The translations under genes and the position numbers were made by a program. From a virus (lineage: Duplodnaviria > Caudoviricetes): a stretch of DNA of 24,147 nucleotides. Of the stretch, positions 8,389-16,245 are shown in pieces. The stretch covers positions 1-24,147 of IMG/VR virus record IMGVR_UViG_3300025848_000182. One strand, 5' to 3'. Position 1 is the stretch's first letter, and each line of letters opens with the position of its first letter. The notes beneath the pieces were generated by a model. The model was not told the DNA's origin. It did not search any database and saw nothing but the letters and a program-made list of their open reading frames with translations.

Positions 8389-8877
8389 TTACCTCCAGAT
8401 ACCGTAGTTGTCCGGCGTGAAATCGTTTGTCACAACGATCAGATGCCGGAAAATGTCGTGCTTCTCTCGGCGATACGGGAGTCCGATGTGATTGCAGATG
8501 TCTGCTAACTGCCGGTCTAGGTTGTCGAACTCGACACGCATACCATTCAATCCCGCGATGCGTTCCTGCATGTCAACCAGCCACCGCATCTCGATCGGAA
8601 TTCCGATGTCGTGCAGCGAACGATACACATCCTCGATGTCCCGCTCGATGATGACCGTGGGCGCGTCAGGAAACACCCGCTGGAACTCGGTCAGTGGCAG
8701 ACCTGAATCGGAGTTGCCAATCCTGACTTTCGGATGCCGGAATGCCTGATAAAAACACTCCCGCGTCGGGCAGAACTTCATCAATTCGTGATGACAAAGA
8801 ACATCACCACCCGTCAGGAACGCCGCCATCCACGCCGTGCGTGATCGAGGCAGGCCGGTGATGAAAAACGGATTCAA
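8389..8877 (-). CDS. Sulfotransferase-fold protein (162 aa)
   Basis: FFITGLPRSRT (5'-PSB-like), HHE, IIERDIEDVYRS (3'-PB R-x7-S), RVEFDNL, ICNHIGL. TTG start at 8877 overlaps the upstream stop and follows GGAG. Confidence 0.7.
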   Translation of the reverse strand: MNPFFITGLPRSRTAWMAAFLTGGDVLCHHELMKFCPTRECFYQAFRHPKVRIGNSDSGLPLTEFQRVFPDAPTVIIERDIEDVYRSLHDIGIPIEMRWLVDMQERIAGLNGMRVEFDNLDRQLADICNHIGLPYRREKHDIFRHLIVVTNDFTPDNYGIWR

Positions 8878-10115
8878 CGAATCTCCGAAAAATTCAGCAC
8901 CGCCCGACTCGCCGATGTGCCACCGATGCCGGTCACGCACAACGTAAGCGTCCCGTTAGCCCGCACCGCAGCCGCCCGCGACAAAGTCAACGGATATCGA
9001 GATGCGATGCGCGAGGTAATGGCTCCACGGTTCGTGGCGCTCGCGCTTACATACCCGCTCGCAATGATCGTCCCCACGCCGCTTAACGTACCTGCCGTGC
9101 TGGTGTACTCCGTCGATGATCCTGTGCCAATAGCCGTCCACGTCGGCGCAGCCGACCAAGTCGCCCCGATAGAAAGCGTCCAGAGCACCGGGTTTGTGCC
9201 GGTAACAAGAATTTCGACGTTAGCCGGCTTAATCAAAGCCCGGTTGGTAATGCTGTTAAACGTGGTCGCAGGCCGGATCGATAGCAGATGCGTTGCCGCG
9301 CCGCTCGCCGCCGTAACGGTCGCCTCTGGCGTTGATCGCTGGTACGCGAGGTCTTCTTCCAGGCCGCCTTCGCTCGACACGCTCGCGCACTTGAAATACG
9401 CAGTTTTCGTTGTCGCCGTCGATGTTGCCGTCATCGCCAGCGCAACCGGAAGACTCAACGTCTGCGTATAAGGCAAAGTCAAACTGTTGGCATTCAGGAA
9501 TTCATGAGCGTAGATAATCGCCCCGCCGATATCGAATCCGACACGCACCCGGCCCATGCCGAGGAACTGAGCGTCGATGACAAGGATTTGCGCCTTTTCG
9601 ATGTCGAGCGTTACCCCGCTTGATCCCGTCCCGTCCAGCTTGTCGAGATTCCAGGAGGATTGACTTACAGCCGTATCGACCGGCGAACCTGACGTATTCG
9701 TTCTGCGGACAATCTGCAATCCACTAGTGCCGTTCTGCCGGAACATGATCCCGTTATCAGAGTCGAACAGACCGACATTGACTACAGCACTTGCAACAGC
9801 AGCCCCGAGGACAAAAGTGACAAACACCAGTTGAGACTTGCCCGGCTGATATGGGATGTACTCGTGGCTCTGGAAAATCGATGTGCCCGTGCCCGTAGTG
9901 CAAGACACTGCGACCATGCGCGTTGCAGCACTGTGCGATGCAGCGACACCCGTTCCTGTGACAACAGATTCCATTAAAAACGGTTCCGCATCGTACTGGC
10001 ATTGAACCGTAAAAAGAGTCGTCGGGTCACTCACGCGCAGGCGCGAGAACGCATCGAGGTTAGGACTGTCGTCAATCGTGACGGCGCGTAATGGTGTCGA
10101 TATGCCCTGGCTCAT
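8874..10115 (-). CDS. Putative virion structural protein, beta-rich (413 aa)
   Basis: Lies in the tail module; Ser/Thr/Gly-rich; DAFSRLRVS, YQPGKS and FLGMGRVRVGF motifs that I recall from uncharacterised phage proteins. Confidence 0.7.
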   Translation of the reverse strand: MSQGISTPLRAVTIDDSPNLDAFSRLRVSDPTTLFTVQCQYDAEPFLMESVVTGTGVAASHSAATRMVAVSCTTGTGTSIFQSHEYIPYQPGKSQLVFVTFVLGAAVASAVVNVGLFDSDNGIMFRQNGTSGLQIVRRTNTSGSPVDTAVSQSSWNLDKLDGTGSSGVTLDIEKAQILVIDAQFLGMGRVRVGFDIGGAIIYAHEFLNANSLTLPYTQTLSLPVALAMTATSTATTKTAYFKCASVSSEGGLEEDLAYQRSTPEATVTAASGAATHLLSIRPATTFNSITNRALIKPANVEILVTGTNPVLWTLSIGATWSAAPTWTAIGTGSSTEYTSTAGTLSGVGTIIASGYVSASATNRGAITSRIASRYPLTLSRAAAVRANGTLTLCVTGIGGTSASRAVLNFSEIR

Positions 10116-10447
10116 GCTGGATCGGCCTGCCGACCAAAAGCGTTGAATGATACGTTAGCACTTCCCGCGTAGCCCCTCAGTACATCCGTTTCCGCCATCG
10201 TCACGCCCATCGTCGCCACAAAAGTCCTGTTGCCAGGCAATGGCTCATCGTAATACAAATAGTCCTTCGTCGCCGTCGCACCGCCCCCAACAGAAACGCT
10301 CAGGCGAAACGTGGTCGCTGACGCCCCTCGATTGCATACCGTGATCGTGTTGACGATAGCGTCCTTGTCAGTCGGGCATGTGTAAATGGTGCCCTCTGTG
10401 GTGGCAGCCGCAGCGAGCTGGCCGAGTATTTTTATGGTGACCGTCAT
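10112..10447 (-). CDS. Small beta-sandwich virion protein (111 aa)
   Basis: KILGQ..A..T..IYTCP...ITVCNR...YLYYD...SFNAFG pattern; ATGA overlaps on both sides. Confidence 0.75.
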   Translation of the reverse strand: MTVTIKILGQLAAAATTEGTIYTCPTDKDAIVNTITVCNRGASATTFRLSVSVGGGATATKDYLYYDEPLPGNRTFVATMGVTMAETDVLRGYAGSANVSFNAFGRQADPA

Positions 10448-10635
10448 TGCCCCCCCAGAAGCATCGACATATCCTCCGCGATGTGTTTTGCGTACTCGGT
10501 CAATTCGGTCTCCAGGCGGATCAACTCGCTGGTGTGGAAATCAGTCTGGGTGTCGATGTTACGCAAATACTCCACTTGCTCAAGATTGAGTCCGAGTGCC
10601 GACCAGTTCCTGGCTGAAAAATACCTGACCGTCAT
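10444..10635 (-). CDS. Short helical protein in the tail-needle (gp26) position
   Basis: Directly follows the gp10-like gene with ATGA overlaps on both sides; heptad-like LIRLETELTEY segment. Confidence 0.65.
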   Translation of the reverse strand: MTVRYFSARNWSALGLNLEQVEYLRNIDTQTDFHTSELIRLETELTEYAKHIAEDMSMLLGGQ

Positions 10636-11966
10636 TTGTCCGCGCTCACTTCACCGTAGCCATTGTACAAAGCCCGCTTGCAAGGATCAGAGATGAGAAA
10701 CTTCAAATGCAGGTAACGATGCTGGCCGAGTCTACGCCACACAACTCTCGCCTGGCGATGCCCGAGATCGCCCAGGGTTTGAGTGCCGACCGTGAACCAG
10801 TCCGACCCGTCTTCAGACAGGTCCAGCCTGATTTCCGGCGCATCCGCCTCGCCCACTTCCATGTCCAGCATGATCTTGTGGAGCCGGAATCGGTCGCCCT
10901 CGTTGTGTATTACGGGGAACACAAACTCACTCGTCAGCGGGTCGCCGCCTTCGGTGTAGACATCATCGTCCAACTCGTAGATGTTGCCGTTTTCGTAATC
11001 CCCAACGAAGTGTTTGCCGTAGCAGTATGCATATCCTCGAGCGCGCCAACGGGTTTCATCGAATGACTTGCGCTCGTGCCACAACTGGGTCGCGGCGTCG
11101 AATATCCAGGTGATCGTCGGGAGACTCATCACGAAGAATTCATGCCCTTGCCAAACGAAGGCAAAGCACTCGGCATTTTCAGGGCTGGTTATCGTTCGCT
11201 CGACTTCATGTGTCGAGATACGCTGCGGGGAGTAGCCGTTTGCCATCCGCCGGACAACGCCATCGTTGTCCAGCCAGAACACCGTGTTGTCGATTTTGGC
11301 AACGGCATTCCCGCCGGCAATACCCTTTTCCGTGATGCCTCCAGCCACACGCTCAAAGGGGAAATCGGGATCACCCGTGTTGACCCATGTCTCGACCGTA
11401 TCCGTGCCGAAAAGCAGCAACTCCCGGTGATCGACAAACGGGCGGATGATGTTGTCAGGGTTCGACTCGGCAGAAGCAAAGTCCAATGCATCAATGCTGC
11501 CGCCGGCATACAAAGCGGAGATGTAAAACGATTCCGTACCATCACCAAAGATGAAGTAACCATCGAGGTACGTGACAGACGTTGCGGCAGGGAAATCAGA
11601 ATCAGTGATCTGCGTCAGTGTCGAACCGTCGTAGATGTATCCCCATCCCTCAGACACAACGCACAACTCAAGCCCAGACGATGCGCCCTGGGCGATGCCG
11701 ACACCCGCAACCGTTCCCAAAGCCGTGACGCTGTAGTTCTCTTCGATCTTGTAGAGCATCTGCCCAACAACGGCATACAACTTATCGTTGTGAACGAACA
11801 ATCCGCGCCCGCTGCCGCCGCCTGTGGTTGTCGCAAGTCGCATGCCTGGGACGGAAATTACCTGTACGTTCGCCCGTCCTTCTCCGGCTTCAGCGTAACA
11901 ATTTACCAGGCGCTCTGCGCTCAGTTGCCCATCACGCGCAGACTTGACAGGGATGTTCAGCTTCAT
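10632..11966 (-). CDS. Tail hub / packaged-DNA stabilisation protein, P22 gp10-like
   Basis: Motifs YLDGYFIF, FASAESNPD, LFGTDTVETW, ISTHEVE, GHEFFV, WHER, WRRLG; beta-propeller-like; expected position. Confidence 0.9.
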   Translation of the reverse strand: MKLNIPVKSARDGQLSAERLVNCYAEAGEGRANVQVISVPGMRLATTTGGGSGRGLFVHNDKLYAVVGQMLYKIEENYSVTALGTVAGVGIAQGASSGLELCVVSEGWGYIYDGSTLTQITDSDFPAATSVTYLDGYFIFGDGTESFYISALYAGGSIDALDFASAESNPDNIIRPFVDHRELLLFGTDTVETWVNTGDPDFPFERVAGGITEKGIAGGNAVAKIDNTVFWLDNDGVVRRMANGYSPQRISTHEVERTITSPENAECFAFVWQGHEFFVMSLPTITWIFDAATQLWHERKSFDETRWRARGYAYCYGKHFVGDYENGNIYELDDDVYTEGGDPLTSEFVFPVIHNEGDRFRLHKIMLDMEVGEADAPEIRLDLSEDGSDWFTVGTQTLGDLGHRQARVVWRRLGQHRYLHLKFLISDPCKRALYNGYGEVSADK

Positions 11967-12379
11967 CAGGTGGCAGTTCCACGCCCAACGATGAATGCTG
12001 TGTTTGGGTTGAAGACTGCGCGAATCGCAGGGTCAACCGTCAACTCTCGGATTTGAAGATACTTGTTCTGAATCTGCCGGTATCCGGTAGTCGAGTGCAT
12101 TGCCAGTTCAGGCGATACCTTCACCCCGAACTGCGCAGCAAGCGCAACCGCCAGGTTGTACACAATCGGCCCCTCGTCCTCCTCGCCATACGGCAAGGCA
12201 TCGCTTACCGAGGATTCAGACAGATACTCGAGATCGATACCGGAAAGACGCCACGAATTGAGCATCCTGTTAAGCGCACGCAACCCGTCCTGGATTTCAT
12301 CGGCATCGGCACTCTCGCCTTTGTGAAGTATGCCGATTTCTCGCATCGCATCTTCGATGATTACTCTGTAGGTCGTCAT
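11966..12379 (-). CDS. Head-tail adaptor, P22 gp4-like
   Basis: Pattern II.DAM.EIG...DGLRALNRML.SW...YNLAVALA..FG; immediately upstream of the gp10-like gene. Confidence 0.85.
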   Translation of the reverse strand: MTTYRVIIEDAMREIGILHKGESADADEIQDGLRALNRMLNSWRLSGIDLEYLSESSVSDALPYGEEDEGPIVYNLAVALAAQFGVKVSPELAMHSTTGYRQIQNKYLQIRELTVDPAIRAVFNPNTAFIVGRGTAT

Positions 12380-12936
12380 TTCTTCCTCAACACGAAGTAC
12401 ATGCGTTCCTCTTTTTCCATCGCGCCCTCGACCTCGAAATCGACTTTATACAGGTGTCGATAGTCGGTCATGGGATTTTTCTTCTGCCCGTAATTCTTCT
12501 GCTCAAGAAACAGTAACGTGCCCGGTGTGATAACCCTGGTATGCCCAGGATCGCCCCACGCCCACTCACTATCCCACGCGGGCACCGATGCAAACACCTG
12601 CCCGTCTTTGCGAAGAATGCGGTGGAGCTCAGTGAACAAGGCGAAAAACGAAACGTAGTCGCCTTGTCTCCCGACATGCTCCAGCACTTCGTAGGCGTGG
12701 ATTTCGTTGAACGATTCATCAGGGAAAGGCAGCGGCAGCACGTTCAGATCATGTACGTAATCCGGGTTCAGCGACGGGTCGATGTCGAGCGTATACAGGT
12801 TTTTCCACTCGCTGCCGCCATCTTTCGGCGACAGTTGCTTCCTGCGATCCGTACCGCAACCAATCAACAGCTCACAGTGATCGGTCAGCGGCTTGTGCTC
12901 CACTTCTCCGTGAAGCGTGGCGATCTGATTAGCCAT
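12376..12936 (-). CDS. Class I SAM-dependent methyltransferase (Methyltransf_11-like)
   Basis: Motifs LLIGCG (motif I), LDIDP, HDLNVLPLPFPDESF, EVLEH, HRILRKDG, DPGH. ATG at 12936 follows GGAGGTG. Confidence 0.88.
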   Translation of the reverse strand: MANQIATLHGEVEHKPLTDHCELLIGCGTDRRKQLSPKDGGSEWKNLYTLDIDPSLNPDYVHDLNVLPLPFPDESFNEIHAYEVLEHVGRQGDYVSFFALFTELHRILRKDGQVFASVPAWDSEWAWGDPGHTRVITPGTLLFLEQKNYGQKKNPMTDYRHLYKVDFEVEGAMEKEERMYFVLRKK

Positions 12937-13672
12937 TCGCCACCTCCCTGGCTTCCTGCTCTTCGATTTCCCGCACCTTCTTGTCGATGAACTTCCACCA
13001 GTTGCACTCGTATCCGCCATGCGTGAAATCGGCATCACCCCATACCCAGATGGGTTCCTTGTACCGCTCGACGTAATCGTCGCACCAGACGAAATCCTCG
13101 CCCATAAACGCATTGTCTTCCGTGAGCTTGGTGTAAAACAGACGCGGAACCGGATCGAGATTCGCCTGCTTCAACTTGATCGCGTCCGCAGCCATCTCCT
13201 CGATGATGCGCCGCTCGATGCACAAAAATCCAGTCGGGACACGGTTGCACGCAATCCAACCACCATCGACCGTCTGAATTCCACCACGCTCATCCTCGAC
13301 ATACCGCACCGGGTACTCTTCCGGTTCCTGGCGGCGGCGATACACAGCAGCACATGCTGGTCTGCCTGCCGTCAACAGGCCGACAAACATGCGAGGCTCC
13401 CATCGAAGGTCAGCGTCGATAAAGAACAAGTGGGTGCAGTCCGTTTTGAGAAACATATGGACAAAGTTACAGCGTGCCAGGTCGATGAATGCACCATTGC
13501 CCATCACTGCTGCGGTAACGTGAATCCCCGCAGCCGTAGCCATCATGCAGGACTCAGCAAGGGAAACGGCATAGTCCGTATCCACCTTTCCGTCGTATGC
13601 CGGCGTTGCGACATAGGCGCGAATCTGCGGATGATCTTTCTGTTTGTGTTTTTTCCAACGTGCAAATGCCAT
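12929..13672 (-). CDS. GT-A fold glycosyltransferase-like protein
   Basis: Motifs VATPAY, ARCN, THLFFIDAD (DxD), TGFLCI.R, GEDFVWC, and a late His. ATG at 13672 follows GGAGAG. Confidence 0.82.
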   Translation of the reverse strand: MAFARWKKHKQKDHPQIRAYVATPAYDGKVDTDYAVSLAESCMMATAAGIHVTAAVMGNGAFIDLARCNFVHMFLKTDCTHLFFIDADLRWEPRMFVGLLTAGRPACAAVYRRRQEPEEYPVRYVEDERGGIQTVDGGWIACNRVPTGFLCIERRIIEEMAADAIKLKQANLDPVPRLFYTKLTEDNAFMGEDFVWCDDYVERYKEPIWVWGDADFTHGGYECNWWKFIDKKVREIEEQEAREVANG

Positions 13673-13775
13673 GACGATTCTCTCCAGAATTTGGCGCACC
13701 GAATCAGGCCGCAATCGGTGCCACTTGCGGGAGAGGGATGTCTGTCCCCGCCTGAATTGATCTCCGTCAGTTGCG

Positions 13776-14096
13776 TTATGCCAGAAGACCCAGTGCCTGC
13801 AATTTTGTCTCCAGCTCGCCGAGGCGAGTCTGGAGGTTTGCAATCACTTTCAACACCGAGTCGCCCTCGTCAGCCGTCACGAACCCATACGGGGATGAGT
13901 TCGTTACAGCCTGGATGGCGTAGTCGGGCGTTGAAGGCGCGTTGTGGGTGATCGTGGTCAGTTGCGTGGTCAGTGCGGTCGGTTTCGTCACCGGGGCGGT
14001 GCCGAAAAATCCCGCTTTCCCACCAGACTTCCCGATGATCGCACCATCGAGTTGCGGGTCTTCGTAGGCTGCGCCTGCTGCGATAGAGTTTGCCAT
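13776..14096 (-). CDS. Putative capsid decoration / head fibre protein (106 aa)
   Basis: Directly after the coat gene; GFFGTAPV motif and C-terminal coiled coil ending LQALGLLA; AGGGGG RBS. Confidence 0.7.
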   Translation of the reverse strand: MANSIAAGAAYEDPQLDGAIIGKSGGKAGFFGTAPVTKPTALTTQLTTITHNAPSTPDYAIQAVTNSSPYGFVTADEGDSVLKVIANLQTRLGELETKLQALGLLA

Positions 14097-14110
14097 TTCA
14101 AACCCCCTTA

Positions 14111-15364
14111 TCAGGTCAGTGCGTGGAAACCGCGAACTGCGAGTTCCGGGTACAGGCCAGCGAAGCCGTACAGCACGTCGATCCGACACGGAACCGCGTC
14201 GTTGGTGATGTCGTACTGTTTTGCCAGTCTCATGCTGATGCCGTCCATCGTGTCGCGTGCGCCCCACGATCCGAACTCCGACACATCCACGAGGTCAGCG
14301 GTTGCGAAGACAAACGCATCCTTGTGGAATTGCAGGTTCTGACCGTATGCGGTCGAGGCAACACCGAACGCGGTCACCGTCAGACCATCCGTATCGGATA
14401 CGCCAGACAGGACGCAGTTCTTGTAGGCATTGCCCGTTCCGTAGATCAGGCCGGGTTTGACCGTCACGGTGTAGGCAGTGGCCTGGGTCGTCAGAGTGAC
14501 GTTCGACTGCACAACGAACTTCTTCAGTCGCCCGAGGTTCTGCTTGGTTTCCGGGTGCACGTCATACACGCCGGAGAACGTAACGATGTCGCCCGCCAGC
14601 AGGGTCGTGCCCGAGGTCGCACCGTCCACGCTCATGTCAGTCTGGCTGACCCAGGCGTTTGCAGTGGTTGACGTGCCGAGTGTCGCGCCCGTGGTCAGTG
14701 CAGAACCAGCCAGCGTGCCACGGGTGTGCGACGGCAGGAACGTGTTTTCCATCACGTCGAACCCGCCAGTGCGGCCCATCATACCCTCGCGGTACTGCGC
14801 GCCGATGTTGGTCTGCGCCTGGAACAGACCCTTAACAGCGTCATTGAACTCGACAATCGAAGCCGGGTTCATCAGTGCAGTTCGATTGTCCGGCGGTGCC
14901 AGATTCTCGGAGAGGTACTGACCGCCCTGCTGGAACTGCTTGAAGGTCATTTGCGTCGAGGTGGTGCCAGTGTAGTTGGCGACCAGTTTGTACGCTCGTC
15001 CCAGGCAGTCGTTTTCCAGGTACGCAGCGAGTTGAGTCATCGCAGGCGTCAGGATGCGATTGCCGAAGTCGTCCAGGCTCATCGTCAGTTCAACCGAGGT
15101 GAACGAAACGTCCACGCCGATCTGACTGGTGACGTACAGGGGAGTTGAACGCTCGACGTGATCCTGAGTGCTCAGGGTCGCGCCAGTCCTAACCTTGTAC
15201 TGCGAAGGCATGCGGATGTTGAGCTGCGTGCCGATCTTCGCGCCGGATTTTGCGAACTGCGAATCGTAGTCGCGCCGGACGGACGAAAGGAACGACAGTT
15301 TGCCGTGGAGAATCCGAAGCGCCTCACGAGTGATTTGCAACGGGGTGAGAATGGAGTTTGCCAT
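14111..15364 (-). CDS. Major capsid protein, P22 coat family
   Basis: Motifs MANSILTP..IT.EAL..L, GAKIG, ELTMSLDDF, FHKDAF, RIDVLYG; follows the scaffold gene. Confidence 0.95.
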   Translation of the reverse strand: MANSILTPLQITREALRILHGKLSFLSSVRRDYDSQFAKSGAKIGTQLNIRMPSQYKVRTGATLSTQDHVERSTPLYVTSQIGVDVSFTSVELTMSLDDFGNRILTPAMTQLAAYLENDCLGRAYKLVANYTGTTSTQMTFKQFQQGGQYLSENLAPPDNRTALMNPASIVEFNDAVKGLFQAQTNIGAQYREGMMGRTGGFDVMENTFLPSHTRGTLAGSALTTGATLGTSTTANAWVSQTDMSVDGATSGTTLLAGDIVTFSGVYDVHPETKQNLGRLKKFVVQSNVTLTTQATAYTVTVKPGLIYGTGNAYKNCVLSGVSDTDGLTVTAFGVASTAYGQNLQFHKDAFVFATADLVDVSEFGSWGARDTMDGISMRLAKQYDITNDAVPCRIDVLYGFAGLYPELAVRGFHALT

Positions 15365-15366
15365 GA

Positions 15367-16197
15367 TTACCTTTTCCTGAGTTGATCTTCACGCCATTTT
15401 CGCCATTCGTCCGAAGTCATCTTGTCAGGATCAACAGAAAGTGACCCCTGACCACCAGACAACGGATTAATCGGTGGTGGCGCTTTGGTTACGGTACGCG
15501 GCTGGGGAAGCGATAGCTTCGCCTCAAGCCTTCCAATTTCGAGGGCCGATTGAACAGGTGACAACCTGGAAATGCGTGCAGCTTCATCGGGATGTTTCCC
15601 GAGGTAGTACAGGATTTCCGGGCCTTTGTCCGACAGATTGAGAGCATCAGCCATGACATCCGTCACGGGCAACGATGGATTGAATGCCACCTCGTCAAAG
15701 TCCGGCGTTGTCATCGCAAACTCTTCAGCTTTCGCCTGGAAGGTGCTGCGTTGTTCCGCTTTCTGCCTTTCGGCTTCTTGCTTCTGACGCTGTTCTTCCT
15801 GCTGTGCTGCGAGTTGCCTGTACTCTTGCCGTGCTTCGTATCGCCCGACAGCCTTGACGTATTCCTCATACGTCTTGAACTGTTCAAGCGTAGGCTCACT
15901 TTCTTCGGTGACAGTCTGCGGCGGTGCTGCTTTAGGCGTAACCTCTTTCGAGATCATGCTTTCGAGCATCGCCTCTAACTTCTGTCGTGTCCTCTGCTCC
16001 TCACGCCAGTTGGCAGTGAGTTCGTCAATGCGCTTTTGAACGCCCCGAGATTTCGGCTTGTCTTGCGCGCCCTCGTCTTCGGAGTTGGTCGCTTCCTCCG
16101 GCTTTTCGACCTCTTGCACCGCTTGCTGTTCATCAAGGGTTTCGGTGATCCCTTCTGGCGTTACTTCGCCCTCAACCGTTACGGGTTGCTCTGACAT
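15367..16197 (-). CDS. Scaffolding protein
   Basis: Acidic N-terminus, QKRIDELT coiled coil, GPEILYYLGKHP, KAPPPI, C-terminal MTSDEWRKWR; lies between portal and coat. Start ATG 16197 follows GGAG. Confidence 0.9.
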   Translation of the reverse strand: MSEQPVTVEGEVTPEGITETLDEQQAVQEVEKPEEATNSEDEGAQDKPKSRGVQKRIDELTANWREEQRTRQKLEAMLESMISKEVTPKAAPPQTVTEESEPTLEQFKTYEEYVKAVGRYEARQEYRQLAAQQEEQRQKQEAERQKAEQRSTFQAKAEEFAMTTPDFDEVAFNPSLPVTDVMADALNLSDKGPEILYYLGKHPDEAARISRLSPVQSALEIGRLEAKLSLPQPRTVTKAPPPINPLSGGQGSLSVDPDKMTSDEWRKWREDQLRKR

Positions 16198-16200
16198 TTG

Positions 16201-16239
16201 CGAGTCTCCACTCGATTTTTGCCCGGTGAACCTCACCGG
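16201..16239 (-). promoter_or_regulatory. Two hairpins in the portal-scaffold spacer; one holds the scaffold Shine-Dalgarno in its loop
   Basis: The mRNA strand reads CCGGTGA-GGT-TCACCGG (16239-16223), then CGAGT-GGAG-ACTCG (16214-16201), ending 3 nt before the ATG. Confidence 0.6.
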
Positions 16240-16245
16240 TAAGGT

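Noticed and set aside
11076-12056. 326-aa plus-strand ORF
   Set aside because: Antisense to the well-supported gp10-like gene; long shadow ORFs are expected at this GC content.
12376-12936. Methyltransferase as a DNA methyltransferase
   Set aside because: No DPPY/NPPY or PC catalytic motif; the pattern fits small-molecule/glycan methyltransferases.
13019-13951. 310-aa plus-strand ORF
   Set aside because: Antisense to the glycosyltransferase and decoration genes; no recognisable protein features.
1015-16236. Longer N-termini in the ORF track (starts at 1015, 1620, 8940, 13113, 13843, 14267, 16236)
   Set aside because: They overlap upstream genes or lack an RBS; downstream starts with SD sequences or stop-start coupling fit better.
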